DNA of 64,000 bases, from IMG/VR virus record IMGVR_UViG_3300026531_000001, positions 16,754 through 80,753 of that record; one strand, 5' to 3'. The stretch's first letter is position 1; the number at the start of each line of letters is the position of its first letter. The notes below the pieces were generated by a model. It was given only the letters and a program-made list of their open reading frames with translations, was not told the origin of the DNA and did no database searches. Source of the DNA: a virus. The position numbers were made by a program, and so were the translations under genes. Below are positions 29,552-38,815 of the stretch, piece after piece.

Positions 29552-29626
29552 TGGTAGCGGGAGCGGGAATCGAACCCGCGACCTCCAGGGTATGGGCCTG
29601 GCGAGCTACCGCTGCTCCATCCCGCA
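29552..29626 (-). tRNA. tRNA-Met(CAT), initiator-like with atypical anticodon arm
   Basis: Full cloverleaf with encoded CCA; U1:U72 mismatch, A11-U24, loop CCCATAC. Confidence 0.9.
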
Positions 29627-29630
29627 GCAT

Positions 29631-29720
29631 TGGCGGTGGGGGCAGGATTTGAACCTGCGGCGCCCCAGAGGGCGCGCCCGGTTAGCAACCGGGTGCCTTA
29701 AGCCGCTCAGCCACCCCACC
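29631..29720 (-). tRNA. tRNA-Ser(GCT)
   Basis: CCCGG-TTGCTAA-CCGGG arm, long variable arm, G73, CCA. Confidence 0.92.
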
Positions 29721-29815
29721 GGAGCCCCGTTCACCCCTACGCCTAGCCACCTGGGGGGGGGTGGACAAGGCGGCAAGCCGGCATACACCGACGGTTCGGC
29801 GTAGGGGGTAGGGGT

Positions 29816-29891
29816 TGGTGGACGCGACAGGATTTGAACCTGCAACCTGCCGGGTGCAAACCGGCCGCTCTCCCGTTAGAGCTACGCGCCC
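29816..29891 (-). tRNA. tRNA-Ala(TGC)
   Basis: GCCGG-TTTGCAC-CCGGC arm, G3:U70, CCA. Confidence 0.93.
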
Positions 29892-29893
29892 AT

Positions 29894-29979
29894 TGGCGGA
29901 GGGGGCAGGACTCGAACCTGCAACGGCTACGCCGCCCCGATTTTCGAGACCGGTTGCCGCACCTACTGGCGACCCCTCC
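29894..29979 (-). tRNA. tRNA-Ser(CGA)
   Basis: CCGGT-CTCGAAA-ATCGG arm, variable arm, G73, CCA; short atypical D arm. Confidence 0.85.
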
Positions 29980-30196
29980 AAGAGCATCCGAGGGCACCCA
30001 CCTGCCGACCCGGATAAGGGCGGGGCCCCATGCGTCTGCGCGCTGCCCCGCTTCCCACAAGCGGCGGTCGTGCTCCCACAACCCAAACCGCAGTCTTTAG
30101 GGTAGCGACCAGTGCCGTAGGGTGGCCAACCCCATGGAGCTGAAAACGAGACAGACAACCTTGACAGATTGAATGCTTGGTCAATAGTCTATAATC

Positions 30197-30703
30197 ATGG
30201 ACAGATTAACAAACAGCCTGCGTTTGCTGGCCACGATCGTTTTGGTCGTTCTTGCAGTGGCGCTCATCCAGTTCATGACTGCGCTAATCGCGCTGGCTCC
30301 CCACCGCTCGAGCGACGGACCGGGCACCATCGCCGCCCCCGGTGAGGTCTGGGTACTGCAGCCGGCACCGAAGAGGGAAACGGCACCTCAACGTATACGG
30401 GTACAGCGAGTTAGCTTCTACCAGGCGGTGCCGAGCCAGACGGATGGCGACCCGGAGTTTTCCGCGTGTGGCCGGACCCGCCAGCCGTGGACGCAGGTCG
30501 CGGTGAGCCGCGACCTGTTCGCTGAGCTCGGGTGCGGAACGCGGGTGCGGTTGATCCTCGACGACGGCCGGGTGATCGATGCGGTGGTGTGGGATACCAT
30601 GGCACCCCGCTGGCGGGAGACCGTAGATGTGCTCGTCGCTCCCCATGAGCCCGCCATGGCCTACGGCGTGCGCGCTGGGGTGCTGGAGGTGGCGCGGCAG
30701 TGA
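30197..30703 (+). CDS. Membrane-anchored 3D-domain (lytic transglycosylase-like) protein
   Basis: N-terminal TM; SFYQAVPSQTDGDP, VAVSRDL and VWDTM...VDV motifs. Confidence 0.75.
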   Translation: MDRLTNSLRLLATIVLVVLAVALIQFMTALIALAPHRSSDGPGTIAAPGEVWVLQPAPKRETAPQRIRVQRVSFYQAVPSQTDGDPEFSACGRTRQPWTQVAVSRDLFAELGCGTRVRLILDDGRVIDAVVWDTMAPRWRETVDVLVAPHEPAMAYGVRAGVLEVARQ

Positions 30704-31293
30704 TCGCTATTCCCGTGACCGTTCAGGGCCGCCTACGCCACCTTGCGACTGGGCGGGATGGAGGACACCGGTACGCGGTAGGCCCATTTGAGCTGCGTTC
30801 GCGGACGCGCCTACAACGAGGTGTGCCAGTAATCGCCACACCGTTTTACGGCCCCGATGGGCTACTGGCAGGTATGGACCTTTATCCGCACGATGGGGAG
30901 GCTGAGGCCGTGCTCGAGGTGCACAACTCCGGTCTATACACCTTGCCGCTGAACCGCGTTGCCCAGGTCGTAGCCGTGCGCGACCGCCACACGCTTGTGG
31001 TGCACGCTCCGTACCCTGAGCGGACCGTTGTGGTACCACCCACATCAGTGACGCGACATGCCATAGTGCGCTACCGCCAACGGGTATTGGGTACTCGCGG
31101 CACGCTATCCGCCGCCGAAGAGGAGCTGCGCCGCGTCATGACAAATGCCACGCTTGCACCACCTGCGCTAGCGCAGCAAATGCACCTCAAGCCGCCAGCG
31201 GAAAGTCTATGGGTGGCGAACAACGGCTCAGCAAAAATAGGCCTATTCGTGGACGGAGTAGGCAACGTCGTCACGATCGTTCATCTGCGATAG
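30700..31293 (+). CDS. Hypothetical protein
   Basis: GTGA-coupled; followed by a hairpin/T-tract at about 31319-31377. Confidence 0.55.
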   Translation: MIAIPVTVQGRLRHLATGRDGGHRYAVGPFELRSRTRLQRGVPVIATPFYGPDGLLAGMDLYPHDGEAEAVLEVHNSGLYTLPLNRVAQVVAVRDRHTLVVHAPYPERTVVVPPTSVTRHAIVRYRQRVLGTRGTLSAAEEELRRVMTNATLAPPALAQQMHLKPPAESLWVANNGSAKIGLFVDGVGNVVTIVHLR

Positions 31294-31402
31294 CAAGAAC
31301 CGGTATACTGAGATCAAGAAAACCCCTTCTGCTAGGAAAGCCGTCGCGCTTGACCAGCTCAGAAGGGGGAGTTTTTTGCAGCGACGTATCCGATTATCAG
31401 AC

Positions 31403-31424
31403 CGACGGCACCGAGACGTAGGGT
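31403..31424 (+). promoter_or_regulatory. Late promoter motif (portal)
   Basis: CGACGG-N10-TAGGGT-N7-ATG. Confidence 0.75.
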
Positions 31425-31431
31425 ACATGGC

Positions 31432-33264
31432 ATGATGAAGCCCAAGGCCCGGCGCCTTTATTACCCGAACAAGGCGTACCTCGAGGCGGCGCGTACCGCC
31501 ACCCGGCAGGATGCGCCACCTGATGAGCGCCAGGAGGCAGCGGCGCGTGCCGCCAAAGAGCTTGTCCCCCTGGCGAAGGCCGTGCCCGTGAATGAAGTGA
31601 TGCGGTGGGCCCAGGCCCATGCGCCGAAGGAGCTACCCGGGGCGCAGCTCAATCGCATGGCAAAGGTAAGCCTCGACCTCGAGGACCCCAACTCGCGGTC
31701 TGTCTGGTTGGTGCGACCGGTGGGTCTCGATTGGCCGCAGTTGCGCGCCATCGTCAAAGAAGACCCGGTGCTCAAGAGTGTGATCTGGACGCGCATCAGC
31801 CAGGTGCAGCGGTTTCTGCGGCCGTCGCGGCAGGAGTGGAAGCCGGGGTACCGCATCCGCTTGCGGGATCGCCACCGCAAACCAACCCCTGAGGATGAAG
31901 CTCGTATCAGCTGGCTCGAGCAATACATCCTCAACGCCGGAGCCGAGTTCGACCCGCGCAAGCGCCGTGCGCTCCGGCGCGACAACCTGTGGGACTGGGC
32001 CTCGAAGCACCTGCAGGACTCACTCACCCTCGACGCGGCGCCGGTCGAGCTGGTTTCGACCCCCTCAGGACGCACGCACGGCTGGGTACACGTGGACGGG
32101 GGCATGGTCTACCTAGTGGACCCGAATATCGGGGCCGCCGACCGCGAGCCCCCGAGCCTGCACCAGCGTTACGGGCTCGACATCCCTGATCCCCAGGAGG
32201 TTGTGGCGATCCTAGCCCACGAAGGCCGGGTTCAGGCATGGTATACCCACGAGGACCTGCTCTACCGCGTGCGCCGCCCACATTCCGAGGCCCTAGCGCT
32301 GGGCTATGGCCAGCCGGAGCCCGAAGACCTGATCCGCATTGTCACCGGGTTCGTCAACGCGCTCACCCTAAACCTGCGCGGTTTTACGCACAACTCGATT
32401 CCCAAAGGCATCCTGGCGGTGTGGGGCGACTTCAACGGGGATGATGTAGAGCAGTTCCGCATGGAGTGGGACGCCTACGTCACCGGGGTCACTAACCGCT
32501 GGCGCCTACCCGTGCTGATCTCCGAGGACGGATCGCAGAATGCTGGGGCCAGCTTTATCCCCATTGGCCAAGATTTCAATGAGATGTACTTCGCCCGCTG
32601 GATGACGTTCCTCGTAGCCATCAAGGCGGCCCTCTACGGTATGGACCCTGAGGAGATCAACTTTGAGTCGTTCAGCGCCAAGCCGAGTACGCTTTCGGGC
32701 AGCGACACCGAGGAGCGGTTGGCAAGCTCGAAGGACAAGGGCTTGTGGCCGTTGCTGCAGTTCCTGGCCCAGACCCTCAACGAAATCCTGTACACGGTAG
32801 ACCCAGACTTCGAGCTCTACTGGACGGGCCTCGAGCAGGACCAGCAACTCGCCAAAGCGGACGAAGAGAAGATGCTCACCCTGGGCGAGTTCCGCCGGCG
32901 CCGCGGCGAACCCGAGCCGGATTCGGAGGTCCTCGCCAACGCGCCGATGAACCCCGCGCTGCTCTCGCTGTACCAGATGGAGCTGCAGGAACAGCAAGCC
33001 CAGGAGCAGCAGGCCGCAGGCGTCCCGGACGGGGGGGCGATGCCCCCCGGGGCCGAAGCGGCCCCGGGGCAGGAGGAAGAGGGGGCTCAGCCCGAAGAGG
33101 CCCAGGGCGCGCCGGGTCAGGAAGAGGACGCGCCCCCGGCCGATCCGCAAGAGGCGGAAGAGTGGGCCCTCGAGCACCATCTGCCGCAGACCCCGGGAGC
33201 GGGAGATGAGGACCTGGCCAAGGCCGTGACCGAGATCGAGGTGTGGCCGGAGGAGGCCGAGTAA
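31432..33264 (+). CDS. Portal protein
   Basis: DSLTLD, GYGQPEPE, FTHNSIPKGIL, WRLPVL and ALYGMDPEEINF motifs (SPO1/K-type portal). Confidence 0.85.
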   Translation: MMKPKARRLYYPNKAYLEAARTATRQDAPPDERQEAAARAAKELVPLAKAVPVNEVMRWAQAHAPKELPGAQLNRMAKVSLDLEDPNSRSVWLVRPVGLDWPQLRAIVKEDPVLKSVIWTRISQVQRFLRPSRQEWKPGYRIRLRDRHRKPTPEDEARISWLEQYILNAGAEFDPRKRRALRRDNLWDWASKHLQDSLTLDAAPVELVSTPSGRTHGWVHVDGGMVYLVDPNIGAADREPPSLHQRYGLDIPDPQEVVAILAHEGRVQAWYTHEDLLYRVRRPHSEALALGYGQPEPEDLIRIVTGFVNALTLNLRGFTHNSIPKGILAVWGDFNGDDVEQFRMEWDAYVTGVTNRWRLPVLISEDGSQNAGASFIPIGQDFNEMYFARWMTFLVAIKAALYGMDPEEINFESFSAKPSTLSGSDTEERLASSKDKGLWPLLQFLAQTLNEILYTVDPDFELYWTGLEQDQQLAKADEEKMLTLGEFRRRRGEPEPDSEVLANAPMNPALLSLYQMELQEQQAQEQQAAGVPDGGAMPPGAEAAPGQEEEGAQPEEAQGAPGQEEDAPPADPQEAEEWALEHHLPQTPGAGDEDLAKAVTEIEVWPEEAE

Positions 33265-33839
33265 TGCCGCGGTACGTTGTGTACCTCGCCAAGGCGCACG
33301 CGACCGGCTACCCCCTCGCCGGCCGCCGCCGCTGGCGCGGGCTCGAGATCAGCATAGAGGCCAAGGCCGGCCAGTACCGCCCATGGAAAGATGACCAGGG
33401 GCGTGAGGGCAAGACCCTCATGCGCTACGACTACGGGTACATCCGTGGCACCGAGGGGGTGGACAAGGCCCCGCACAAGAAGCGCCCGGACCACCTCGAC
33501 TGCTACGTCGGGCCCTATGAGGGCGCGCGCTGGGTCTACATCGTGCACCAGATCGTCCCCAAAACGGGCGAGCACGACGAGGACAAGGTGATGCTGGGCT
33601 TCCGCTCGGCACGCGACGCCAAGGCCGCCTACCTTGCCCACATCCCGCGCAGCTACTACGGCGGGATGAGCCGCATGCCGGCTGAGACCTTTGTGCGCCT
33701 GGTCAAGGAGGGGAGGCTGCGAGGGCGCGTGGTCCTGGGCGAGCCGGTGCCGGGGGCCCGGGCCAAGGAGCTGCGCACCCTGCTCGAAATCGCCCGTCGC
33801 GGGCGGCTGGCCCGGGTGCCAGATAGGGGAGAGGTATGA
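33264..33839 (+). CDS. Inorganic pyrophosphatase-like (polyvalent-protein iPPase) domain protein
   Basis: GLEISIE, MRYDYGYIRGTEGVD, DHLDCYVG and DEDKVMLGF motifs. Confidence 0.8.
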   Translation: MPRYVVYLAKAHATGYPLAGRRRWRGLEISIEAKAGQYRPWKDDQGREGKTLMRYDYGYIRGTEGVDKAPHKKRPDHLDCYVGPYEGARWVYIVHQIVPKTGEHDEDKVMLGFRSARDAKAAYLAHIPRSYYGGMSRMPAETFVRLVKEGRLRGRVVLGEPVPGARAKELRTLLEIARRGRLARVPDRGEV

Positions 33840-34840
33840 GCGTGCTGGCGGCTTCCGAACGCGACGTATGGAGCCCCGACCCCGACCCGTTCGTGGCCGC
33901 GCTCGAGCGCGGCATGACGGCGCTCGGGACGAGCTACCTGTACCACGTGCACCGCGACCTGCACCGCGTGCTCAAGCTGCCCCCTTTGCCGGCCAGCTAC
34001 ATCCGGGAGCTCTACCATGTGGACACCCTCGCCAAGGCGAGCCAGGCCGAGGCGCGGCGTAAGGCCCTCGAGCGCGCCCGGGAAACCTACGAGCGGGTGC
34101 TGGCCGGGCGATCCCCGGGCGAAGCAGTGCCCCCGGAGGTTTACCGCGACCTGGTGCAGGCGATCACGGATGAATGGTACGGCCGCGGGCGGCTCGAAAC
34201 GCGCGCCCAGCAGCGGGCCGTTGCCAGTTACATCACAGGGTTGCTGCAAGCGGGGTACATGACCCAGGCCAACCCCAAGGCCCTACTCGAGCGGTATGCC
34301 GGCGTCCTCGGCGAGCGGCACGCCATGCGCATCGAGTTCGCCCGCGCCCGAGCAGCCGAGCATATACGCCACCTGGATGAGAATACCCGCCACGCCATCG
34401 TGCAGGTGATCTACGCCTGGGAGGAGGACCGCCGCCAGCCCATGGACCTAGCCCGGGCACTCGCCGACCAGTTCGGTCGCCTCAACCGCGACTGGCGCCG
34501 GGTTGCGCTTACGGAAGTGGCTCGCAACCGCGCGGCCGGCTACCTAGCAGGGCTCCCCGATGGGGCCGTGGTGGAGTGGAGCGCTGCGAGGGACGCCTGC
34601 GACAAGTGCCGCAAGCTCCACGGCCGGCGCTTCACGGTGGTGCCGGGCCCGGGCGACCCCAAGCTGGACGTATGGCCGGGCAAGAACCCCATCGGCCGGC
34701 GCGACCCCGTAGAGCACGCCGCGATCCCGTTGCACCCCCACTGCCGTTGCCGCTGGATCCACGTCAGCCGCGCCGGGGAGGGTGTGAACCCCGAGTTTGA
34801 GCGAAAGCTGCAGGGGCTGATTGCGCTCGCTACTCGATAG
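33836..34840 (+). CDS. MuF/SPP1 gp7-like head morphogenesis protein
   Basis: RDWRRVALTE, ACDKC and PLHPHCRC motifs. Confidence 0.85.
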   Translation: MSVLAASERDVWSPDPDPFVAALERGMTALGTSYLYHVHRDLHRVLKLPPLPASYIRELYHVDTLAKASQAEARRKALERARETYERVLAGRSPGEAVPPEVYRDLVQAITDEWYGRGRLETRAQQRAVASYITGLLQAGYMTQANPKALLERYAGVLGERHAMRIEFARARAAEHIRHLDENTRHAIVQVIYAWEEDRRQPMDLARALADQFGRLNRDWRRVALTEVARNRAAGYLAGLPDGAVVEWSAARDACDKCRKLHGRRFTVVPGPGDPKLDVWPGKNPIGRRDPVEHAAIPLHPHCRCRWIHVSRAGEGVNPEFERKLQGLIALATR

Positions 34841-34875
34841 ACAGACGCCCTTGCCAGCTTGACAGCTTTTCCATG

Positions 34876-34893
34876 TGTCCGATAAGCTGGACA
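34876..34893 (+). promoter_or_regulatory. Repressor operator over -10
   Basis: TGTCC-GATAAGCT-GGACA; -35 TTGACA at 34859. Confidence 0.75.
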
Positions 34894-34908
34894 CGTGGGA
34901 GGTTGCCT

Positions 34909-35355
34909 ATGAAATCAAAAAAGGTGGTAGCCGAGCATCGGTGTGCCCTGTGCGGACGCCCGATCAAGGGTACCCGCCGCGCCGTGCCTGGCATCGGCAT
35001 GCTGGGGCCGCGGTGCTACGCAAAGTTCGGCGCGTACGAGACGGTCTTAGCGCAGTACGGAGCAGAAGAGCTCTTCCTCACCGGGTCCATGCGGGTGGGG
35101 GAGAACGAGGGGCCAGATCGCACCCGTCAGGTGAATGCCCTACTCGATCGCTTGAAGAGGGGCGGTGTCCGCTACCAGGTCGAGCACGGCCGCGATGAGA
35201 GCACGGGCGAAGGGTATGCGGTGATACGGGTTCTCGGACTACCCAAAAAAGCCAAATTGCGGAAGCGCGCCATGGATGTATGGACGGAGTGGGCGAAGGA
35301 GGTTGAACGCCGCGACATCGAGCGCAAGTTCGGGTTCGGGGAGGTAGACAAATGA
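34909..35355 (+). CDS. Zn-finger protein (CxxCGRP...GPxC)
   Basis: GGAGG RBS; first gene of an operator-controlled early operon. Confidence 0.6.
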   Translation: MKSKKVVAEHRCALCGRPIKGTRRAVPGIGMLGPRCYAKFGAYETVLAQYGAEELFLTGSMRVGENEGPDRTRQVNALLDRLKRGGVRYQVEHGRDESTGEGYAVIRVLGLPKKAKLRKRAMDVWTEWAKEVERRDIERKFGFGEVDK

Positions 35356-35690
35356 ACGCGATCGGATGGGCAATTACCGGCCCGCGGAACAATGCGCAGT
35401 TAGTTTTGTGGTCCAAAGAGCAGGGCTGGACGTATCGCACCAGAGGGGAGCGAAGCGAGCTGGAAGAGCTGGCGCGCGATTTCGCCGATGTGCGCATCGG
35501 GGTTGACCCGCTAGAGGCAGAGGTTCGAGCAAAAACCCGCACATTTTCCGTGCGCTACGATTCCGAGCTCGGGTACTACGGCGAGGCGGAAACGCGCGAC
35601 GGGCGCACGCTACGCACAAACCGTCAGCCAGAACCTAAAGCGGTCCTGCGCTACTTCCTGAACCAGCTCAGGGGAGGTATTTCGGCATGA
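35352..35690 (+). CDS. Hypothetical protein
   Basis: ATGA-coupled. Confidence 0.55.
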   Translation: MNAIGWAITGPRNNAQLVLWSKEQGWTYRTRGERSELEELARDFADVRIGVDPLEAEVRAKTRTFSVRYDSELGYYGEAETRDGRTLRTNRQPEPKAVLRYFLNQLRGGISA

Positions 35691-36532
35691 GAGCACAGCG
35701 GAGATCGCGTGGCGTGCGGCCAAAAGATCCCACGCTGCGCAACCCGTGTGGCCGGGCACTGGGGGAGTATGTAGAGGTTGCATGGGTCATTTCTGAGGCC
35801 GGCGTTAGCTACGCCGCTTTTCGTGATTGGCGCGTACACCGCGGGTATACAAAATGCCCTTCATTTTGGCGGTCTAGCGGTCGCACATTCGTGCGGTGGG
35901 AGGTGGCGGAGGAATATCTCAATGGCGACGGGATACCGCGCGTGCCTAATCCGCCGACGGGATGGGTGCCGATTGCGCGCGCGAAAGAGCTCATGGGAGT
36001 CAGCGGTGAGTATTTGACAAAGGCAGCACGGCGGGGAGAGCTAACTGCCGTTCGTTGCCGCCAGCAGTTTTATTTCGAGCCAGACGCACTAAATCAGATG
36101 CGTGAAAACCACAACATACCCGGGGGATGGAAGACGACGGCTGATTTGGCGCGAGAGTTAGGGCTTGACCCGCGGACAATTCTCAGCCGGGCAAAGGCAT
36201 TGGGGATAAACAAGCGGCTTGCGCCAGATCGCAGAGCGCAAAGGCGGGTACGGTGGTTTTCTCCCCTCGAGGCGGAAATGGTGAGGAGTTACCGGGACAT
36301 ACGGCGTAGCGTTCCTGACGGATGGGTGCGATGCGCAGATGAGGCAGAAAAGCTCGGTTGGAACCGTCGTAGCCCGCTAGCGTGGGCGAAACACCATGGG
36401 TACCCGATGGCCTATGTCAGCGTTCCGGGACAGCGCGGAACGGCTAGCTACTGCCCCAAGTGGGTGTGGGACGAATACGTAAAGCAGCGCAGGCGTAACG
36501 AAAGGAAGCGGCGCAGGAGGGAGGCGGCATGA
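35687..36532 (+). CDS. Multi-HTH (MerR/excisionase-like repeats) DNA-binding protein
   Basis: GWVPIARAKELMGVS, GWKTTADLARELGLD and GWVRCADEAEKLGWN repeats. Confidence 0.65.
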   Translation: MRAQRRSRGVRPKDPTLRNPCGRALGEYVEVAWVISEAGVSYAAFRDWRVHRGYTKCPSFWRSSGRTFVRWEVAEEYLNGDGIPRVPNPPTGWVPIARAKELMGVSGEYLTKAARRGELTAVRCRQQFYFEPDALNQMRENHNIPGGWKTTADLARELGLDPRTILSRAKALGINKRLAPDRRAQRRVRWFSPLEAEMVRSYRDIRRSVPDGWVRCADEAEKLGWNRRSPLAWAKHHGYPMAYVSVPGQRGTASYCPKWVWDEYVKQRRRNERKRRRREAA

Positions 36533-36837
36533 CGGCAGCTAAGCCAAAGCTGGTGGAGCTTGCGGGCATGGTTTCCCGCGCGCGTGAGGCACTGCAGGGG
36601 CCGGCGACGGAAGCGATCGAGCGGGCCCTGGATGCGATCAAGGTCGTGGACGGTAGCACCGAAGGCGAACGCGGCGAAGCGCTAGAGGACGCCGTCAGGC
36701 ATGCCAGGGAAGTGGTGACGAGCGCCTACGGCCAGCTGCGGGCGGCGGAAACGGTGATGTGGACCCTGCACCACGCCTTGATGGAAGAGCAACGCCACCA
36801 CCCGGAGGAGCAAGGGGAGTCATCCGATGAGCGTTGA
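36529..36837 (+). CDS. Hypothetical helical protein
   Basis: ATGA-coupled, GGAGG RBS. Confidence 0.55.
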   Translation: MTAAKPKLVELAGMVSRAREALQGPATEAIERALDAIKVVDGSTEGERGEALEDAVRHAREVVTSAYGQLRAAETVMWTLHHALMEEQRHHPEEQGESSDER

Positions 36838-37339
36838 CGTGCGCGACGAGCTGCGTACGGTGCTGGGCGAACTGGCCCGGGTCAGGAGCGAAGCGCAGTC
36901 CCTGGGCGCGCGCCTACGTGATCGGGAAGCCGAGTGGCGGGAGCGCTTCGAGCGCCAGCATGCGGATGAGATCGCTAGACGCGACGCCGCAAGCCAGCGC
37001 GCAGCTGAGCTCGAAGAGCGCGCCAAGGAGCTGGCAGTGCAGATCGCACGCGAGCGAGGCGACAAGTCACCAGCTCGCGGCATCCGGGTGAAAGTCGTGC
37101 GCAAGATTCAGTACGACCCCGACAAGGCGGTTCGGTGGGCCCTCGAGCGCCGAGCGACGGAGGTTCTGGCGCTGGCGGGGCGCCGCGCCTTTCTCGACTA
37201 CCTCAAACGGGCGGGTGAAAAGCCCGATTTCATCGAGGAGGAAGAGGTCTACCAGGCCATGATCACCAAGGAACTGGGTGCCGAGGAACAGGCACCCGCA
37301 AAGGAGGAACATAGTGAAGCGAGCGACCTTCCCTTTTGA
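36827..37339 (+). CDS. Coiled-coil protein (Gam/Gp157-like) with SSB-like DLPF tail
   Basis: Long coiled coil; C-terminus EEHSEASDLPF. Confidence 0.55.
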   Translation: MSVDVRDELRTVLGELARVRSEAQSLGARLRDREAEWRERFERQHADEIARRDAASQRAAELEERAKELAVQIARERGDKSPARGIRVKVVRKIQYDPDKAVRWALERRATEVLALAGRRAFLDYLKRAGEKPDFIEEEEVYQAMITKELGAEEQAPAKEEHSEASDLPF

Positions 37340-37531
37340 CCCGCGCCTCATCGCCCTGCTCGGCCGCGCTGCGCGGCGGTCGGCACCTGGCGAGCGCGAG
37401 CGCAAAGACCGGCGCAAGGGCAGCAAGCGGCCATTCCGGGCACTGAGTGGCCGGAAGAGGGCCGCGCGCAAGCGCCAGCGCCAGGCGCGCCGCGCCGCAG
37501 CGCGCCTGCGGCGCGTGAGGGGGCGCTAGCC

Positions 37532-38020
37532 ATGCGGCTCATGCGCGAGATGTGCGAGAAGACCACCTGCCCGACCTGTGGCGGCGAACGGGTGGTTGCG
37601 GACCCCTTCGGTTTCTGGAGCGAAGCGGACAAGCGCGGCATTCAAAGCGACGACATGGTTGCCCTGCGCCTCCTCGCCGCTGAGCTGGGCATTGCCGACG
37701 ACCAGTACCCCGATCGCAACCCGGGGTGGCTTCCACCTGAGGAGGAGCAGTGCCACGCTTGCGGCGGCTCCGGGGAGGTTTGCCAGGAGCGCACGGCCCT
37801 GGCCTACGACCGGGATGGCCAGGTGATCGTAGTGCGCGGCGTACCGGGCGTGGTCGCTGACGACGGGGAGTTCCTTGGGTACTCCGAGGCCACCGTAGAG
37901 CGCTTGCAGACACTGGTTCACCGGGCGCGGAGTGAGCACTCGGGCACCGAGCTCGTCATGGTCGAGTTTGAGAGCGGGTGCCTCATTCCCATGGAGCGCC
38001 AAACCCGGGAGGTGGGATGA
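37532..38020 (+). CDS. DnaJ-type Zn-finger protein
   Basis: CPTCGGER and CHACGGSG motifs. Confidence 0.6.
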   Translation: MRLMREMCEKTTCPTCGGERVVADPFGFWSEADKRGIQSDDMVALRLLAAELGIADDQYPDRNPGWLPPEEEQCHACGGSGEVCQERTALAYDRDGQVIVVRGVPGVVADDGEFLGYSEATVERLQTLVHRARSEHSGTELVMVEFESGCLIPMERQTREVG

Positions 38021-38487
38021 TGCCGCGCTTGCGCACAATGCTGAACCGGGCCGTCGGCCACTTCCTGAACTTCACGCGGTTGGGCCAGTGGATCATGGCC
38101 CACCGTTTCAAGCTCTTGTACCGCAATGCGCAGAACGACTATGTACGCGTCGTACTCAGCAACTACTGCCGCTATGTGCTCAGTTACCCCATCATGCCGA
38201 TGCGGAGCGCACTTTTCCGCCACATGTGCAAGGAGCTGGCTGAGCTGGACGGGAACCCGTGGGGCAGCGGCCCGCCCACTTTCACGCGTTCCCACGCCGA
38301 GCAGCTGGGCTGGCTCGAGCGCGAAGAAGACTGGATCGAGCAAAAGCTCGCCCTGGGAAACCTTAGCGCGAGCGAGGCGGCGCGGCACCTGGACCGGCTC
38401 GAGCGCGTCCGCGCACGCATCGAGGAGCTGCGGCTGCTGCGAAGGGAAACGCGCGCTCAGGGGGGTTGCAATGACAACAACACGTAA
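38017..38487 (+). CDS. Hypothetical protein
   Basis: ATGA-coupled, GGAGG RBS. Confidence 0.55.
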   Translation: MMPRLRTMLNRAVGHFLNFTRLGQWIMAHRFKLLYRNAQNDYVRVVLSNYCRYVLSYPIMPMRSALFRHMCKELAELDGNPWGSGPPTFTRSHAEQLGWLEREEDWIEQKLALGNLSASEAARHLDRLERVRARIEELRLLRRETRAQGGCNDNNT

Positions 38488-38815
38488 AAAAACTTATTTA
38501 CTCATCTCATTCAAAGGTGAAAACGACATACCAGAGCAACTAAGTAGCCGGAAAGTAGGCACCTACCTAAGAGGCTATTCGTGGCCAATTATAGCTACCA
38601 CAGGCCATGAGTGGATTGCGAGTGACGCACGACGCATGGGCGGTGGTCGCCAGTATGCTGTGGCGGCATACGAACTATCCGGCTGTTTCGATGGGAGCCT
38701 GCAGGGACAGCTGGCGTGGGTCATCTACCCCGGTAAAATACACGGCCGCTGGATACCAGGAATGAGGCCTCCGAAAGGCCCTTTTACTCAGGAGGCAGAG
38801 CATGATCGGCAGTAG
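38471..38815 (+). CDS. Hypothetical protein (paralog of 39223)
   Basis: YAVAAYELSGCFDG matches YTVAAYELRGCLHG. Confidence 0.6.
   Translation: MTTTRKKTYLLISFKGENDIPEQLSSRKVGTYLRGYSWPIIATTGHEWIASDARRMGGGRQYAVAAYELSGCFDGSLQGQLAWVIYPGKIHGRWIPGMRPPKGPFTQEAEHDRQ

Noticed and set aside
29894-29979. Possible tRNA-Sec or allo-tRNA because of the odd D arm
   Set aside because: Anticodon is CGA and the acceptor/T stems are the canonical 7/5, so tRNA-Ser.
29552-29979. tRNAs as a host integration site (prophage boundary)
   Set aside because: Phage genes continue on both sides and I saw no duplicated tRNA 3' end; the tRNAs look element-encoded.
29721-30150. Y RNA or HDV/theta ribozyme identity for the structured spacers
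   Set aside because: I could not fit the Ro-binding bulged helix or the nested double pseudoknot by eye; left as unknown ncRNA candidates.
37314-37529. Arg-rich peptide as an N-like antiterminator
   Set aside because: It fills the operon gap and may be a real gene, but Arg richness is expected in GC-rich frames and I found no nut-like sites.
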